Of a stretch of DNA of 64,000 bases, positions 62,768 through 64,000 are shown in pieces. The position numbers were made by a program, and so were the translations under genes. The DNA is from Candidatus Terrybacteria bacterium RIFCSPHIGHO2_01_FULL_48_17 (lineage in GTDB: Bacteria > Patescibacteriota > Minisyncoccia > Terrybacterales > 2-01-FULL-58-14). The notes beneath the pieces are model-generated. The model worked only from the letters and a program-made list of their open reading frames with translations, did not search any database and was not told where the DNA came from. How positions within the stretch are numbered: the stretch's first letter is position 1; every line of letters begins with the position of its first letter. The stretch is taken from NCBI GenBank assembly GCA_001822835.1, contig MHSS01000002.1:65060-129059 (forward strand), in the 5' to 3' direction.

Positions 62768-63529
62768 TTGCTTATGAGGTACGTTATTGCAAATTGGAAA
62801 ATGTATCCCCAACGCCGGGAGGATGCGCTGCGTATTTTTGGCGATACGGTAGCCATGATGGGGGCTATGCGGGGAATTCGAGTTGCTATTTGTCCGCCAT
62901 TTGTATGGCTTCCGGTCGTTTCATCTTTGGCAAAATCAACGGTATGGCTCGGTGCGCAGGACAGCGGCTGGGCAGATGAGGGCGCGTTTACTGGGGAAAT
63001 TTCACCCACCATGTTGAAGAATATTGGCTGCCGTTTAGTCATTGTCGGTCATTCCGAGCGAAGAACTCATGTTGCAGAATCGCAAGAAATCATCAGAAAA
63101 AAGACCGTTGCAACATTACGTGCAGGTCTTTTTGCTGTTTTATGTGTAGGCGAGCAACAACGGGAAGGAGAATGGGAAAAGGAGATACTTGAGCAGACAA
63201 GAAGCGCTATCGCAGATATTGCGCAGGATAATATCCAGCGCCTCCTCATTGCCTACGAGCCGGTTTGGGCTGTTGGCACTGGCAAGGCAGATAGTCCCAA
63301 GGATACGGTAACCTCTATTTTGCTCGTTCGAAGGGTGTTAAAAGATAAATTTGGCGCAGCTGCGGCCGAACAGATGCCGGTACTTTATGGCGGATCAATA
63401 AATGCGCAAAATATTCATGGATTTGCTGTTGAACCCGAAATTGGGGGATTTCTGGTGGGGCACGGTTCGCTTGATGCAGGCGAATTTTCAAAGATCGTAA
63501 TGGCTGCCCGACTGAAAGAAGAAACATAG
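62768..63529 (+). CDS. tpiA: triosephosphate isomerase
   Basis: ANWKM start, catalytic VGHSERR and AYEPVWAVGTG motifs. Confidence 0.92.
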   Translation: MLMRYVIANWKMYPQRREDALRIFGDTVAMMGAMRGIRVAICPPFVWLPVVSSLAKSTVWLGAQDSGWADEGAFTGEISPTMLKNIGCRLVIVGHSERRTHVAESQEIIRKKTVATLRAGLFAVLCVGEQQREGEWEKEILEQTRSAIADIAQDNIQRLLIAYEPVWAVGTGKADSPKDTVTSILLVRRVLKDKFGAAAAEQMPVLYGGSINAQNIHGFAVEPEIGGFLVGHGSLDAGEFSKIVMAARLKEET

Positions 63530-63769
63530 TGCCTGTTTGTGTATATATACAAAGGGGTTTGCTCGAGGGTGCCTATATCTACCATCGGGCTTGCCGTGGC
63601 CGCTTATTCTTGTTATGCTTTTGGGAGATTTCGGTTTTGTATTTTTATCGTTCACTCGCATAAGCACGTTGGTGTTTTTGCGCAATATGCAAGTTTCCCT
63701 TACGCAATTTCCATAGCATGAAATATTTGCTGACAACACCTCGAATGCAAAGCGGGTGCGCTCACCCAT

Positions 63770-64000
63770 ATGACTTTTGGTATTGTGATCGCGGCGGCCC
63801 TGGCGCTTGCTGCCGGTCTTGGTATTGGTTGGTACCTTTGGTCTTCTCTTCCAGCCAAACAAAAAGAGAAAGCTGAGGCCTCTGCAAAATCCATCCGTGA
63901 AAGGGCAGAGGCGGATGCCAAATCATTCATCCTTTCTGCAAAGGATGAGGCGCACAAACTTCTTGAAGAAGCAAAACAAGAAGAACGTGAACGGCTCCGC
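63770..64000 (+). CDS. rny: ribonuclease Y, N-terminal part (3' end outside window)
   Basis: N-terminal TM helix followed by EAK/KEE-rich coiled coil typical of RNase Y; frame still open at window end. Confidence 0.6.
   Translation, partial: MTFGIVIAAALALAAGLGIGWYLWSSLPAKQKEKAEASAKSIRERAEADAKSFILSAKDEAHKLLEEAKQEERERLR

Overview
Housekeeping-dense 64-kb window from what looks like a small-genome bacterium, possibly CPR/Patescibacteria-like. This lineage call is inference from four things: no L30 gene between rpsE and rplO, no infA/rpmJ after map, tandem adk paralogs, and extended r-proteins. Many native genes lack Shine-Dalgarno sequences. GC is about 50%.

Gene content by region:
- 0-6.7 kb: M16 peptidase (5' partial), AI-2E transporter, rsmI, metG, tatD.
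- 6.7-9.4 kb: a small accessory insert at the tatD 3' end. A direct duplication of the tatD C-terminal coding segment flanks a small membrane-protein gene. Next come a tightly coupled four-gene operon with three tandem paralogous small proteins, and a convergent ParB/Srx-like protein.
- 9.4-15.8 kb: HAD hydrolase, then a sugar/acid-type metabolic cluster (HIBADH-like reductase, Zn-ADH, TIM-barrel sugar-phosphate isomerase/epimerase, VOC, DapA-family aldolase).
- 15.9-25.5 kb: leuS (with odd internal tandem repeats), tldD/tldE, a second M16 peptidase, glmS.
- 25.7-33.5 kb: pgk, recJ, ndk, two tandem 7TM-PAS membrane sensors without output domains convergent on an orphan histidine kinase, and a NUDIX hydrolase.
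- 33.5-38.2 kb: three tandem GT4 glycosyltransferases, a dCMP-deaminase-family gene, tRNA-Pro(GGG), rpmB.
- 38.3-59 kb: M50 protease, then the str-S10-spc-secY-adk-map ribosomal superoperon.
- 59-64 kb: hypotheticals, ruvX, GT2, galT, tpiA and the 5' end of rny.

The most unusual content is non-genic or out of place:
1. A modular, hairpin-rich intergenic repeat family with at least 6 copies, each immediately 3' of a stop codon. Copies share terminal arms and cores in a mix-and-match way.
2. A 36-nt TTCGTA-hexamer motif placed 3-6 nt before the start codons of fusA and rplD, with a third copy elsewhere.
3. An HExxH (ImmA/SprT-like) ORF with its own strong SD inserted between fusA and tuf.
4. 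A pseudo-copy of the rplP start upstream of the real rplP.
5. An opposite-strand gene between secY and adk.

No CRISPR array, rRNA or recognisable mobile-element enzyme (transposase/integrase) was seen.
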